In this document: positions 19,049 to 28,367 of the stretch, one piece after another
How positions within the stretch are numbered: the stretch's first letter is position 1
Layout of the letters: each line of letters starts with the position of its first letter
NCBI GenBank assembly: GCA_018818785.1
Contig: JAHIRF010000002.1
Coordinates: 135,874 to 199,873 of the forward strand
DNA: 64,000 nt
Origin: Thermoplasmatota archaeon
Lineage (GTDB): Archaea; Thermoplasmatota; Thermoplasmata; UBA10834
Reading direction: 5' to 3'
The notes under the pieces: generated by a model
Database searches by the model: none
What the model was told of the DNA's origin: nothing
The model's input: the letters and a program-made list of their open reading frames with translations, nothing else
Position numbers and translations under genes: made by a program

Positions 19049-20386
19049 ATGCCAGTCTGTCCATTGGATTTCAGGTACGGCAGAGCCGAGATGAAGGAGA
19101 CATTTGACGAGGAGAACCGTCTTCAGCGACTGCTAGATGTGGAGGCGGCGTTGTCGCTGGCTCATGCGAAGGTCGGGAACATCAAACAGGACCATGCAGA
19201 CATCATAAAGAAGACTGCATCCACAAGGTACGTCAAACTCTCTCGGGTGCAGGAGATCGACGCCAAGATAAACCATGAGATAACGGCGTTGATACGCGCG
19301 TTGAGCGAGCAATGTGGCGAGAGCGGGAAATACGTACACGTGGGCGCTACCTCCAATGACATCCTCGATACGGCTGCCGCACTACAGATCAAGGACGCTA
19401 TCGAGATCATCCAGAAGGATCTTGCCGAGTTCAAGAAGGTGCTTGCAGAGAGAGCCAGGGAGCACCGAGACACGATCATGGTCGGAAGGACACATGGCCA
19501 ATATGCCTTGCCGATCACATTCGGACTGAAGGTCGCCAACTACGCTCTCGAGATGCACAGGCAGGAGCAGCGGCTGAGGGAATGCTCCGCACGGATACTC
19601 GTAGGCAAGATGAGTGGGGCGGTAGGTACCGGCGCAGGCTTCGGGCCCAAGGCAACGGAGATCCAGAAGGCAGTGATGGAGGAACTTGGCCTAGGAGTTG
19701 AGGAAGGACCGACCCAGATAGTAGGTCGTGACAGGTATGTCGAGCTCATGTCCGTGCTTACGAACATCGCGTGCTCCATCGAGAAGTTCGCGACGGAGGT
19801 CAGGAACCTCCAGAGAGGGGAGCTTGGAGAGGTATCCGAGCCGTTCGATGAGAACAACCAGGTCGGCAGCTCTACGATGGCGCATAAGAAGAATCCTGTC
19901 ACGGCAGAGAATGTATGCGGCCTAGCGAGGATCGTCCGCGGCTTCATGACACCTGCTTTCGAGAGCGCGATCCTATGGCACGAGAGGGACCTTACAAACT
20001 CATCAGCGGAGCGATTCTTCATCCCGCATTCGTTCATACTCTTGGATGACATGCTCGCAAAGATGACCAAGATGTACGCGGGCCTCGTCGTCAACAAGGA
20101 GCAGATGCAACGCAACCTTGCCAGAGCTGGTAGCGTCATAATGGCAGAATCAGTCATCCTCGCCCTTGTCGGGAAAGGCATGGGCAGACAGGATGCTCAC
20201 GAACTGATACGGAAATGCAGCATGGAATCCCAGCGTGCATGCGAGGATTTCAAATCATATCTGATGGCGAACAAGGACGTAACTGGCCTGCTGTCGGAGG
20301 CGGATATAGATGCCGCATTGGATCCCAGGGCGTATCTTGGTACGACGGGACAGACTGTGGACAACATTCTAAAAATTGTAGGCTGA
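19049..20386 (+). CDS. purB: Adenylosuccinate lyase
   Basis: HVGATSNDI, GRTHGQ, GSSTMAHKKNP signature; start at MPVCPLDFRYG. Confidence 0.96.
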   Translation: MPVCPLDFRYGRAEMKETFDEENRLQRLLDVEAALSLAHAKVGNIKQDHADIIKKTASTRYVKLSRVQEIDAKINHEITALIRALSEQCGESGKYVHVGATSNDILDTAAALQIKDAIEIIQKDLAEFKKVLAERAREHRDTIMVGRTHGQYALPITFGLKVANYALEMHRQEQRLRECSARILVGKMSGAVGTGAGFGPKATEIQKAVMEELGLGVEEGPTQIVGRDRYVELMSVLTNIACSIEKFATEVRNLQRGELGEVSEPFDENNQVGSSTMAHKKNPVTAENVCGLARIVRGFMTPAFESAILWHERDLTNSSAERFFIPHSFILLDDMLAKMTKMYAGLVVNKEQMQRNLARAGSVIMAESVILALVGKGMGRQDAHELIRKCSMESQRACEDFKSYLMANKDVTGLLSEADIDAALDPRAYLGTTGQTVDNILKIVG

Positions 20387-20429
20387 CGAAAGTTAGAAAT
20401 ATCTCTCGTCAGCTCCCCAGCTAGCATAC

Positions 20430-20501
20430 GGGCCCTTAGATCAGTGGAAGATCGCTTCCTTCGCAAGGAAGAGGTCGTGGGTTCAAATCCCACAGGGTCC
20501 A
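20430..20501 (+). tRNA. tRNA-Ala(CGC); integration target
   Basis: GGGCCCT..AGGGTCC-A acceptor with G3:U70, D arm GATC/GATC, anticodon arm CTTCC-TTCGCAA-GGAAG, T arm GTGGG-TTCAAAT-CCCAC. Confidence 0.96.
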
Positions 20502-20538
20502 TTCTAAGCCTGACTGGCCAATTTTCAATCAGCCGGAA

Positions 20539-21696
20539 TTGATTTCTCCCCTGTCCCAACAAACTCCTTCATCTTCTTTCTCTTCCGAAGCCTCCCGGGA
20601 CCATGAAGATTATCGAATCTTTCAGTATGTCAACGACTTCGAGGAGGTCAGGCTCAAGCTAGTAAAGGGCAAATTAGACCTGAACCTGCCTGAGGACCGG
20701 GATCTATGCATAAAACTCTATCAGAAATGGGTCACAGACGACAATTACATGGTTCTGAGAAAAATCGACCCTCGTGGACCAATCGAGTATCAGGTATGCA
20801 AGGCTCGCAAGCGTGGAAACGATGTAGACGCATACAGGATCCATCGACAGCTTCGCATCATAAAGGACTCAATCGTCGAATATGCTCAAAGCAATCAACG
20901 CCTGAGGGCTACTAGGGCCGTCCATGTGACGGGCACGATTGACCCTAGATTGGTCGATAATGATCTCGAATACGCTTGGCAGTACCTTGGATACTGGTTC
21001 AATATGTTCCTGGCAAGCCTGAGAAAGCGATGTGTCAGAAACATCACGCTCAAGGAAGAGAAGGAAAAAGCCAAGGAACTCAAGATTCGAGTATATCGGT
21101 CCTGGGAGTCCCATGGATCGGGATGGCCCCATTTCCATGCTATTCTATGTTTTGAGGGATACTCCTGGACAATCTTCCAAGATTCAAAGTCGAGGTGGCG
21201 ACTCAATGACAAGGACACATTCCAAGATGCTTGGAGCTTCGGATGGATAGATGTAGTAGCCCTCACCCCTGGCACGACTAACAAGAATGTCGAGAAGGTC
21301 GTATCGTATGTCAGCAAGTATGTGGGCAAAGGGGCCACTGAGATGGATTATCGTCATGTGGAATCCTGGCCTCGAAAGAGACTCCTGACCGAATCGCTTT
21401 TATGGTACTTTGGCAAAAGGTCATATTCGATCAGTCGTGGGCTATTGGAGGGACATGACCACCCTAACGACTTGAAAAAACGTATAAGCACAATTCAAAC
21501 GAACATAGAAGGAGAATGCGTCCCAGAGCTTGAAATTGTGTGGGAATTCATTGGAATGGTGCGCGGAAAAGACACCGAATTGGATGGCTACACCTGGGTC
21601 AAGACGTATACGGATCCACCTGATTGGCTAGACCTATGCTGGAAACCTTGTCGTAGCTACGTGGGAACATGTTGGATGAATACTTGGGGGAGTTGA
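20539..21696 (+). CDS. rep: HUH-superfamily rolling-circle replication initiator (Rep)
   Basis: Motif 1-like HVTGT, motif 2 WESHGSGWPHFHAIL, motif 3 YVSKYVGK (two Tyr); start uncertain. Confidence 0.88.
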   Translation: MISPLSQQTPSSSFSSEASRDHEDYRIFQYVNDFEEVRLKLVKGKLDLNLPEDRDLCIKLYQKWVTDDNYMVLRKIDPRGPIEYQVCKARKRGNDVDAYRIHRQLRIIKDSIVEYAQSNQRLRATRAVHVTGTIDPRLVDNDLEYAWQYLGYWFNMFLASLRKRCVRNITLKEEKEKAKELKIRVYRSWESHGSGWPHFHAILCFEGYSWTIFQDSKSRWRLNDKDTFQDAWSFGWIDVVALTPGTTNKNVEKVVSYVSKYVGKGATEMDYRHVESWPRKRLLTESLLWYFGKRSYSISRGLLEGHDHPNDLKKRISTIQTNIEGECVPELEIVWEFIGMVRGKDTELDGYTWVKTYTDPPDWLDLCWKPCRSYVGTCWMNTWGS

Positions 21697-21697
21697 G

Positions 21698-21907
21698 ATG
21701 TTCGTTTGCGACGGATGTCAACATGAATTCGATTTTCTAATGATTATCTGTGGCCTAGCGTTGTGCAATGAATGTCTTAAACCGTACGATGACGCATTAT
21801 CGGAATGTCAATCGCATAAAGAATTGGACATTGTGGGTCGACGGATACGTTCGGATATTCTGTCTTTTCGAAAAGGGGAGAGAGTCAATAAGTGTTTTAG
21901 AGAGTAG
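21698..21907 (+). CDS. Small Cys-rich (zinc-finger-like) protein
   Basis: CDGC..C..CNEC; starts 1 bp after Rep stop. Confidence 0.6.
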   Translation: MFVCDGCQHEFDFLMIICGLALCNECLKPYDDALSECQSHKELDIVGRRIRSDILSFRKGERVNKCFRE

Positions 21908-21926
21908 TGGTCGGAGGTCGTCAGTC

Positions 21927-22682
21927 TCATGATTCGTTATGCTTTTCGCAAGTGATAGTTCTTGTATTGATTTCCTTGAGCAGTTCTTTGACTCCAGGCA
22001 ATTTCGTCAGAGAGCGTTGCCATCGGTCGAATGATTCAGTATAGAATTCAATGACAAAACCTTCGGAGAAGACAAGCAAAGTACGGTCTGGACGATTGAG
22101 GAATGCGAGTTCTAGATTCTTAGGCTTGATCTCGTCTTCGAATTTCCACTCGTACTTTTGATTCTTGCTTACCCTTTTGTCCTTGCGGTTGATGAATTCG
22201 TCGATTTCGAAGGTGAGATTATCTGGATCTTCTTGATTCAGTAGCGGCATTATTGCGTCTCTCAATGGTCCGCTTTTCAGAACCATGGCTTTTCTATGCT
22301 TCGGAGGGTGGATGAATCGAGATAAGGATTTCTTGAAGTAGAGATTCATTCTTTCCATGTCTTTCTTGTTATTGACTGATGTGATCTTTGGCGGAGGAGA
22401 ACCCGGCCTCGAAAGGAGAATCATGAAAGAGTTCAGAAACTCTTCAATCGTGATGAGTCTGTAATATTTATGAGCTTTTTCTCGGTCTGGTTCTCTTTCG
22501 TCAGTGAGGTGGGGTTCGAATCCAAGCGACTTCTGAACCAGACCCAGATGGACAGATGGGTCAATACTTGCGTGTGCCTTCACAATTGTTTCGTATTCGT
22601 TGATTTGTTTTGATACAATTTTGAGAATTGCGATTCCTTCAGCTGAAATCGTCATCTTCTTCTTGATGTGCTTCTTGCTCAT
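21927..22682 (-). CDS. Hypothetical protein (element cargo)
   Basis: Long Lys-rich ORF; start taken at MSKKHIKK; no motif recognised. Confidence 0.65.
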   Translation of the reverse strand: MSKKHIKKKMTISAEGIAILKIVSKQINEYETIVKAHASIDPSVHLGLVQKSLGFEPHLTDEREPDREKAHKYYRLITIEEFLNSFMILLSRPGSPPPKITSVNNKKDMERMNLYFKKSLSRFIHPPKHRKAMVLKSGPLRDAIMPLLNQEDPDNLTFEIDEFINRKDKRVSKNQKYEWKFEDEIKPKNLELAFLNRPDRTLLVFSEGFVIEFYTESFDRWQRSLTKLPGVKELLKEINTRTITCEKHNES

Positions 22683-22977
22683 CCTTTCGGAATAATATTG
22701 CTTTGATATAAAGCGTGAGAGGTATGGATCGAATGCTGTTGCTTGTGAGGATAGAATAATGCCTTTAGGCTGCCGAAACCGAATCAAGAGGGGGTATGAG
22801 CGCAGTTGCGTTAGAGGCGTTCTAGAGGGGGCTTGGAAGAGGTCAGATGAAGAGGGAGGGAACAGAAGAAGACTGGTAATGAGAGTTGGCTCTTAGCCTG
22901 GTGGCAGGACTGAATGGGGATTCCCCGGAAGCCTTTATGTAGCGAGTTGACGGTCAGAGAAGACAAGGGGTGGAATT

Positions 22978-23268
22978 GTGAATAGCAGTGAACCCGATTC
23001 AGATCAGGGAGAACCAACCTGGTTCAAGACATGGTGGGAGAGGGAGGAGAAACGTCGCTCGAGACGCGAGCTGACTGAAGGCGGTTTTGGCATATTCACC
23101 ATCGGTCTCGGAGGCATCGCAGTCGGTCTGGGATTGGCCGCACTTGAGGACGCCAATACTGTGGCGGTTGCCCAAGTCCTCTTGGTCAGCATGTTCGCCA
23201 TGATTGTGGGGATGGTGATAGCTATGGCCAGTCTGTTCGGTTACAGGCGGAAAAGGGGTCCCAAATGA
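22978..23268 (+). CDS. Small 2-TM membrane protein
   Basis: Two hydrophobic helices, basic C-terminus. Confidence 0.6.
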   Translation: MNSSEPDSDQGEPTWFKTWWEREEKRRSRRELTEGGFGIFTIGLGGIAVGLGLAALEDANTVAVAQVLLVSMFAMIVGMVIAMASLFGYRRKRGPK

Positions 23269-23435
23269 CGAATTTTCTGGAGGGACTTGTTGGCTTATCT
23301 GTTGGTTTGGTGCTTTCCGCGATTATAGCAAATGCTCTATGGACGATACAGCCAATTGGTACAGTGCTGATTGGTGTCATAGATGTCGTGGCCGTCGTCG
23401 CATACGTCAAGGGATTGGCGGGTGGCAGAGGATAG
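23265..23435 (+). CDS. Small 2-TM membrane protein (56 aa, not in ORF track)
   Basis: ATGA overlap with upstream stop; MTNFLEGLVGLSVGLVLSAIIANALWTIQPIGTVLIGVIDVVAVVAYVKGLAGGRG. Confidence 0.55.
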   Translation: MTNFLEGLVGLSVGLVLSAIIANALWTIQPIGTVLIGVIDVVAVVAYVKGLAGGRG

Positions 23436-23493
23436 AGTCCGGTTCTAATCTGACTGGGAGAAGACCATAGAGTGGAAATGTGCCACTCGAGCA

Positions 23494-24045
23494 TTAGTAG
23501 AGTTTGCCTCGCTCATATCTGAACGAAGCGTGCTCATGCTTCTTGTCTCGTAACACTGATCTGAACAGGCTAGGGTACTCGATTTCCTCAAGAGGTAGGC
23601 AATAGACTTCGTCTGGCATTGACGGCTCTCCCCCTAGGCCCAGAACCATAAACACAGTCTCTGGACATACTCCCTTCTGAAAGCTGCGATACGCTTCCAG
23701 GCGGTCCTGTTCACATATCTTGAACTTGTCATCATAGAGTCTGGCTCTCCATTTCGCTTCGACCCAGAACTTGTCCCTGCTCCTTCGGTCCTTTATGTAG
23801 AGGTCCGGCTTTCTGCTGCCTTCGGGATCATCCCTCTGCTTGATTTCGAAATCGCGATTCGGAAACATGTTTTCCACGAACGCTTCGAAATCCTTGCCTT
23901 TCGCATACTGGACAGGATCATAGTTTCGCTTCAATTGAACCAATCCCGGACATTGATGACAAGGAGACCAGATAGTTGTTTCGGAAGGTCCCGCCTGGGT
24001 CTCCAGGCTTTTTTGCTCAGAAAAGCCCAGAGAGAGGAGACACAA
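23494..24045 (-). CDS. PD-(D/E)XK restriction-endonuclease-like protein
   Basis: KGKDFE..KPDLYI..FWVEAKWR; true start probably TTG near 23934. Confidence 0.72.
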   Translation of the reverse strand: MCLLSLGFSEQKSLETQAGPSETTIWSPCHQCPGLVQLKRNYDPVQYAKGKDFEAFVENMFPNRDFEIKQRDDPEGSRKPDLYIKDRRSRDKFWVEAKWRARLYDDKFKICEQDRLEAYRSFQKGVCPETVFMVLGLGGEPSMPDEVYCLPLEEIEYPSLFRSVLRDKKHEHASFRYERGKLY

Positions 24046-24133
24046 TCAGGATTACGTTGTCTGCGTACCTCAATCCAAAAAGCATAATTCTCATTGATTA
24101 CCAGCCAAGCACCCGTATTCTGAGGGGAGATGC

Positions 24134-25159
24134 TTGGCTTATGGTGGCAAAGGAACTAATCGGAGTATGACAATTAGGTGCCTATATGTTGGTTTGCCAA
24201 CAGGGAGGTTGACAGATACGGAGAGCGAATCGGAGACTAGAAGTCACAACAAGAAGGTTGATAGCATCAACAAATCAGGCTATGGTTTCCAGAGAAAGAT
24301 TGCACTTGAGATCTCTAGCACCGAGAAATGGGATGTTGAGATTGAGAAGCCCCTCGTAAGATTCGAAGAAAGGTCGGTGGAAGAGGTCAAGGTTGACATC
24401 TTAGCTCGCTCCAGACGGAAGTTCAGCGATATGCCTAGAGCAGTTTCTGTGATTGAATGCAAGAGACATGATCCCAAGTATTCAGAATGGCTCTTCTTCT
24501 CTCGAGGCAGCAATCTTGGAGAGATTGAAGGTCGAGAGAAATTCCCATCAGTTTGGTGTCACCTCACCGGTGGCAGTTATTCCTTCGATAACAAACATCA
24601 CAAGACGGGTAGAATGGGGATGTACGAGGGTTATTTCCCAAGTCTGGCTGAATGGGCTGATATCAAATACAGTGATTCTTTTGGGGTTCCGACGAGGCGC
24701 GATGGTACGATTGGTGCCGCAGACTCAGGAGTGATTCAGCATGCTGCTAACCAGGTGGCTCGGGGAGTGCTCGGCGCTGTTCATAGCCTCCACGAATACC
24801 GAAACTCGCGGAGGAAAGAGCGATTTCTTCCTCTTACGGGGAATCATCTAGTCCTTCCAGTCCTTGTCACAACTGCTCCAATTTACGTGTGCCATGTTGA
24901 TGATGCAGCCACGGACTTACTGCAGGGCAGTATTCCTCCCGACGGTCTAGAGACTGAATCGAAGAAGTGTCTGCTATTCAGATATTCGCTCCCTATAGGT
25001 CTTTGGTTCCCACCTGATACGCTCGCAGGAGACGGATTGCCGGACCTGACGTCACTCTCCGTATGGGTAGTCAGTTCATCATTCTGCAAAGAGTTCTTTT
25101 CGCTCGTTGACAAAGACGCTGCTCATTGGCAAGAAATGGCTCCGATTCAGGGACAGTGA
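24134..25159 (+). CDS. PD-(D/E)XK nuclease-like protein
   Basis: SGYGFQ..VDILA..VIECKR and PVLVTTAPIY pattern; start uncertain. Confidence 0.68.
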   Translation: MAYGGKGTNRSMTIRCLYVGLPTGRLTDTESESETRSHNKKVDSINKSGYGFQRKIALEISSTEKWDVEIEKPLVRFEERSVEEVKVDILARSRRKFSDMPRAVSVIECKRHDPKYSEWLFFSRGSNLGEIEGREKFPSVWCHLTGGSYSFDNKHHKTGRMGMYEGYFPSLAEWADIKYSDSFGVPTRRDGTIGAADSGVIQHAANQVARGVLGAVHSLHEYRNSRRKERFLPLTGNHLVLPVLVTTAPIYVCHVDDAATDLLQGSIPPDGLETESKKCLLFRYSLPIGLWFPPDTLAGDGLPDLTSLSVWVVSSSFCKEFFSLVDKDAAHWQEMAPIQGQ

Positions 25160-25171
25160 TACAGGAAGAAT

Positions 25172-26500
25172 TCATTCTTCTGAAATGATGTCTCTGAAGT
25201 CCTCGAATGTCTCTGGATAGAAGACCTCGATGTCACACGGGATTTCAGAGAATTCCTTTAATGACAGAATATTGTCGACGACGGATGCTCCAACGCACTG
25301 GGGGATATTCGTTACAAGGTATGCGCTGCTAACGTGAATATCGGCCTTGTCATAGGTCCTCCAATGATTGGAAAGCTGGTTGAGATCTTCACGGATTTGC
25401 GATTCCAGGGTTCGTCCAGGTGAGTCGAGATGGTGAACCTTAGATTCGACGATTCCAATTTCGTTCTCATCCTCCATTTGAAATACCGCGTCCTTCTCGG
25501 TGTCATCGGCCAGTCCTTCCACATATACACCAGGTGCCCAGCTGCGGCCGCTTTCTCGGAGGCTCCAGTGTACCGTGGTGCCCAGCAAACCGTCGCGGGC
25601 ATCCAGCAATTTGGCAAGTGGCGATTTTGGGTAGTAGAATGTACCCACAGCCATTTCGGACTTGCAGACTGGGCAGGTCGAGACCGGAGGGTCCTGGCTA
25701 GCTACCGCAAAGTACGATTGAGGATGTTTCCTGCATTGAGTGCACCAAACTAGCGATGTCGCCGGGGACAAGAGACAGAAGCGGTCGGCAAGCTGTTTTA
25801 GTGTGCGGTGATATTCTTCATAGCTCTGTCTGGAGGACACAAGGAGATTTTCTAGGTGCTTCCGGCCGAATTGCAGCGCACCATATTTCCATATTGAAAA
25901 AATGCTAGCTAGGGCAGGAACCACCAAATCTCCGGCTCTGCTCGTGATTGTGTTTACGACTTTTCTTAGCCCATCTTCACTGTACATCTGAATGATTCTG
26001 TTTGTTACCTCTCTGGTGACGATCTCCGTCCTGATCTCTTCCTCTCGTTCAGTTTCAAGTGATGGAAGCTTCGCGGTCGTTTCCTGAAACTGCTCTTCAA
26101 AACCCGCGAGAATATCAGGTAGGATTGGAAGAAACCTATTCAAGGCGTCGTATACATGGACTCGGAGCTCGGCGTCAGACTTGCTTGCTTCGTAGGCCAA
26201 TGGATCGTGGTCACGGAAGGGCATGCTTTCATCATAAAAGATGGGGAGAACAACTCCCTTGAATGGCATGTAGTCATGCCTGTGGCGCCAGAGAAACTTG
26301 CGAATGTCCTCCTCCGTCGCGACCGCGTCAAAAAGCTGTGTAAGTTCTGGGACCGATTGAATGGTCTTCAACGAATTCAGCTGGTCTGAATCACACTTCA
26401 GCTTCCTTTTGGAGCCGTCCCTGAGGGTGACCGTTTCAAGAATGTTCATTAGGTCATGGTCATCGATTTTCACAGCCCTCGGATGGGGTCTACATGCCAT
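25172..26500 (-). CDS. Protein with zinc ribbon and C-terminal PD-(D/E)XK nuclease-like domain
   Basis: CTQC..CPVC ribbon then EKDAVF..GIVESK..QL..YLVTN. Confidence 0.62.
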   Translation of the reverse strand: MACRPHPRAVKIDDHDLMNILETVTLRDGSKRKLKCDSDQLNSLKTIQSVPELTQLFDAVATEEDIRKFLWRHRHDYMPFKGVVLPIFYDESMPFRDHDPLAYEASKSDAELRVHVYDALNRFLPILPDILAGFEEQFQETTAKLPSLETEREEEIRTEIVTREVTNRIIQMYSEDGLRKVVNTITSRAGDLVVPALASIFSIWKYGALQFGRKHLENLLVSSRQSYEEYHRTLKQLADRFCLLSPATSLVWCTQCRKHPQSYFAVASQDPPVSTCPVCKSEMAVGTFYYPKSPLAKLLDARDGLLGTTVHWSLRESGRSWAPGVYVEGLADDTEKDAVFQMEDENEIGIVESKVHHLDSPGRTLESQIREDLNQLSNHWRTYDKADIHVSSAYLVTNIPQCVGASVVDNILSLKEFSEIPCDIEVFYPETFEDFRDIISEE

Positions 26501-26682
26501 AAACCTTCAGGTCCGGTATTAGGTCTACTACAGACTATAGACTGTAGAAAGTAGTCAGTTATCTTACTGGCCTTGGGGCGAACCGCAAGATACAAATGCA
26601 CGAAGTCTGTTAAGATTTATGGATCGTGTAACCTGGAATTTTGGCTTTGGTCTGATTCCTTTCGCGGCCTAGTGGCCCTCTG

Positions 26683-27987
26683 TTGTATTTAATTTTGATA
26701 TTGTTGATCCAGCCAGCACGACTAGGTTGCGAAAGATTGATCAACAAAGGAGACGAAGAATCGTCGTGGGCGGGCAGTTGGCGCTTGAGAGAAAACGTTA
26801 ACTCCCTAGATAGTGATGTAACGAGCGGTCCTGAGGATGGGACAACTCAGGACCGCAAGGGATACAATGAACCCGGTCGTGAACCCAGATCGGGGCAGGG
26901 GAGACGGAAGAGCTCGACGCATAGAAGAAGGAAGCCAGGAAGGGAGCGTGGTCCGAGGTCAAATGGCCCTTATCCGTTCCTGACTGAGCTTAAGGTCTAT
27001 CTGAAGGACGTGGAGCATGCACATGCGGAATCCACACTGACAGACATGGCAAGGAAGCTGCGGCATATCCATGATGTTCTCAAGGAGCTGAAATCGAAGG
27101 GACTTGTACAGACTACAAGTCCCCGAAAGATGGGAGAACAAGAGATCTTTGCATTTGTTGCATGGATGAACGCCAAGGATGGCCTGCGTTCAAGGCCTTT
27201 GGGCGAAGCCACTCAGAAGAAGACGCTTCACCAGTTGAAGAGCTTCCTGGCGCATCTCGACAATGGCGTAATCGACAGAATGCTGAAGAAGAAGCAGCTG
27301 AGGATGCCGCGAGAACGGAATGTTCCTCGTGAATCGTTTGAGGCGGATGAGCTTGCCCAGATTATGACGAGTCTCAAAGAGGCGGCTGCCAAGGGGTCAA
27401 TGAATGCCTTCGGCGTGTTTGGCCATGCTCTGTTCTGCGGATATGCGGGCACGAGACTCAAGGAGGTCAGGCTAGCTCAGAGAGGCGACTACTTGGCCAA
27501 GTTCTATGAATTGACCGTGCTTCATCCAAAGGGCGAGAAGTCCTGGGGAGATCCACGAATAGCACAAATCTGCCCTCCTGGGAGGCCGTTCGCCGACGAT
27601 TTCATGGCTATGCGCGACCGAGAGCTAAGGAAGTCCGACATCCTTGACAGCAAGGCGATCCCATTGGTGCCTAGAGTCATAGGAGGCAGAGTCGAACGCT
27701 GGCCAGATTCGGTCCTTCATAACGTGAAGTGCGAGGTCGAGCGTGACCGTATGCTGCAGTTCGACTTTCGCAAGCTGAGAAGAACTTACGGCCAGAACGC
27801 TTTAGATGCCGGTACGCCAATGGACTTCGTGAGTGGAGCTCTAGGTCACGCACACGTGGCGACGACTCAAAGGTCCTACGTCCGTCTGAAAAGCAGTAGA
27901 GTCTTTGCGGAGATAGACCGTGCCTATGCGAATGCGTCTGTAAATTCAATCCCCGTTGATTGCGATAAGGCCAGGTGTTCGAAATGA
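26683..27987 (+). CDS. int: Tyrosine recombinase/integrase
   Basis: Catalytic set GTRLKEV (R), HPKG (K), RKLRRTYG (xxLRR), LGH, TTQRSY (Y); start uncertain (TTG 26785 possible). Confidence 0.93.
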   Translation: MYLILILLIQPARLGCERLINKGDEESSWAGSWRLRENVNSLDSDVTSGPEDGTTQDRKGYNEPGREPRSGQGRRKSSTHRRRKPGRERGPRSNGPYPFLTELKVYLKDVEHAHAESTLTDMARKLRHIHDVLKELKSKGLVQTTSPRKMGEQEIFAFVAWMNAKDGLRSRPLGEATQKKTLHQLKSFLAHLDNGVIDRMLKKKQLRMPRERNVPRESFEADELAQIMTSLKEAAAKGSMNAFGVFGHALFCGYAGTRLKEVRLAQRGDYLAKFYELTVLHPKGEKSWGDPRIAQICPPGRPFADDFMAMRDRELRKSDILDSKAIPLVPRVIGGRVERWPDSVLHNVKCEVERDRMLQFDFRKLRRTYGQNALDAGTPMDFVSGALGHAHVATTQRSYVRLKSSRVFAEIDRAYANASVNSIPVDCDKARCSK

Positions 27988-27991
27988 GGAG

Positions 27992-28033
27992 CCACAGGGT
28001 CCACCATCCATGAGAAAAGGACATAAGGGCGGA
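27992..28033 (+). repeat. att copy 1 (tRNA-Ala 3' end + CCA) plus cassette motif copy 1
   Basis: CCACAGGGTCCA-CCA-tcca-TGAGAAAAGGACATAAGGGCGGA. Confidence 0.9.
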
Positions 28034-28367
28034 CTACCAGGGAAAGATTCTTGTGCTGAAGAGAACGATTGCAGCAAGGGAGTCGACTTGAATTCTGATT
28101 CAGAGAGACCCGTCAAGGCCAATGCTCCTGTCCGAATTCCCCGGATACTGCTCATGATTGGCAGTATTGGGGTGATCCGAGGGGTTCTAGCATGCATCAG
28201 GCGTGTAGGAAGAAGAAAAGGAGTTTAGCTCCGGGCCAATTCCCCGCTGATTGAATCCGAGTCCTGACATACTGGCTCCTCAGGGATTCAAATCCCCTTC
28301 AGTTTGAATCCTGATGTAAGGGGCCGTAGACACGGAATAGGAATCTTCAAGCCATGAACAGCGATTT

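Larger units (their letters stand above)
20490..28003 (+). mobile_element. Integrated rolling-circle plasmid-like element (Rep + nuclease cargo + tyrosine integrase) in tRNA-Ala
   Basis: 12-bp direct repeat CCACAGGGTCCA at 20490-20501 and 27992-28003; Rep at left end, integrase stop 4 bp before the right repeat. Confidence 0.88.

Noticed and set aside
20539-23435. Element as a pleolipovirus-type provirus
   Set aside because: No large spike-like protein or NTPase gene is visible; only Rep and tiny TM ORFs.
26683-27987. Integrase as a classical IntI integron integrase or a split SSV-type integrase
   Set aside because: The gene is intact with att outside it, and I could not recognise the IntI-specific insertion or attC-type palindromes; 'integron-like' refers to architecture only.
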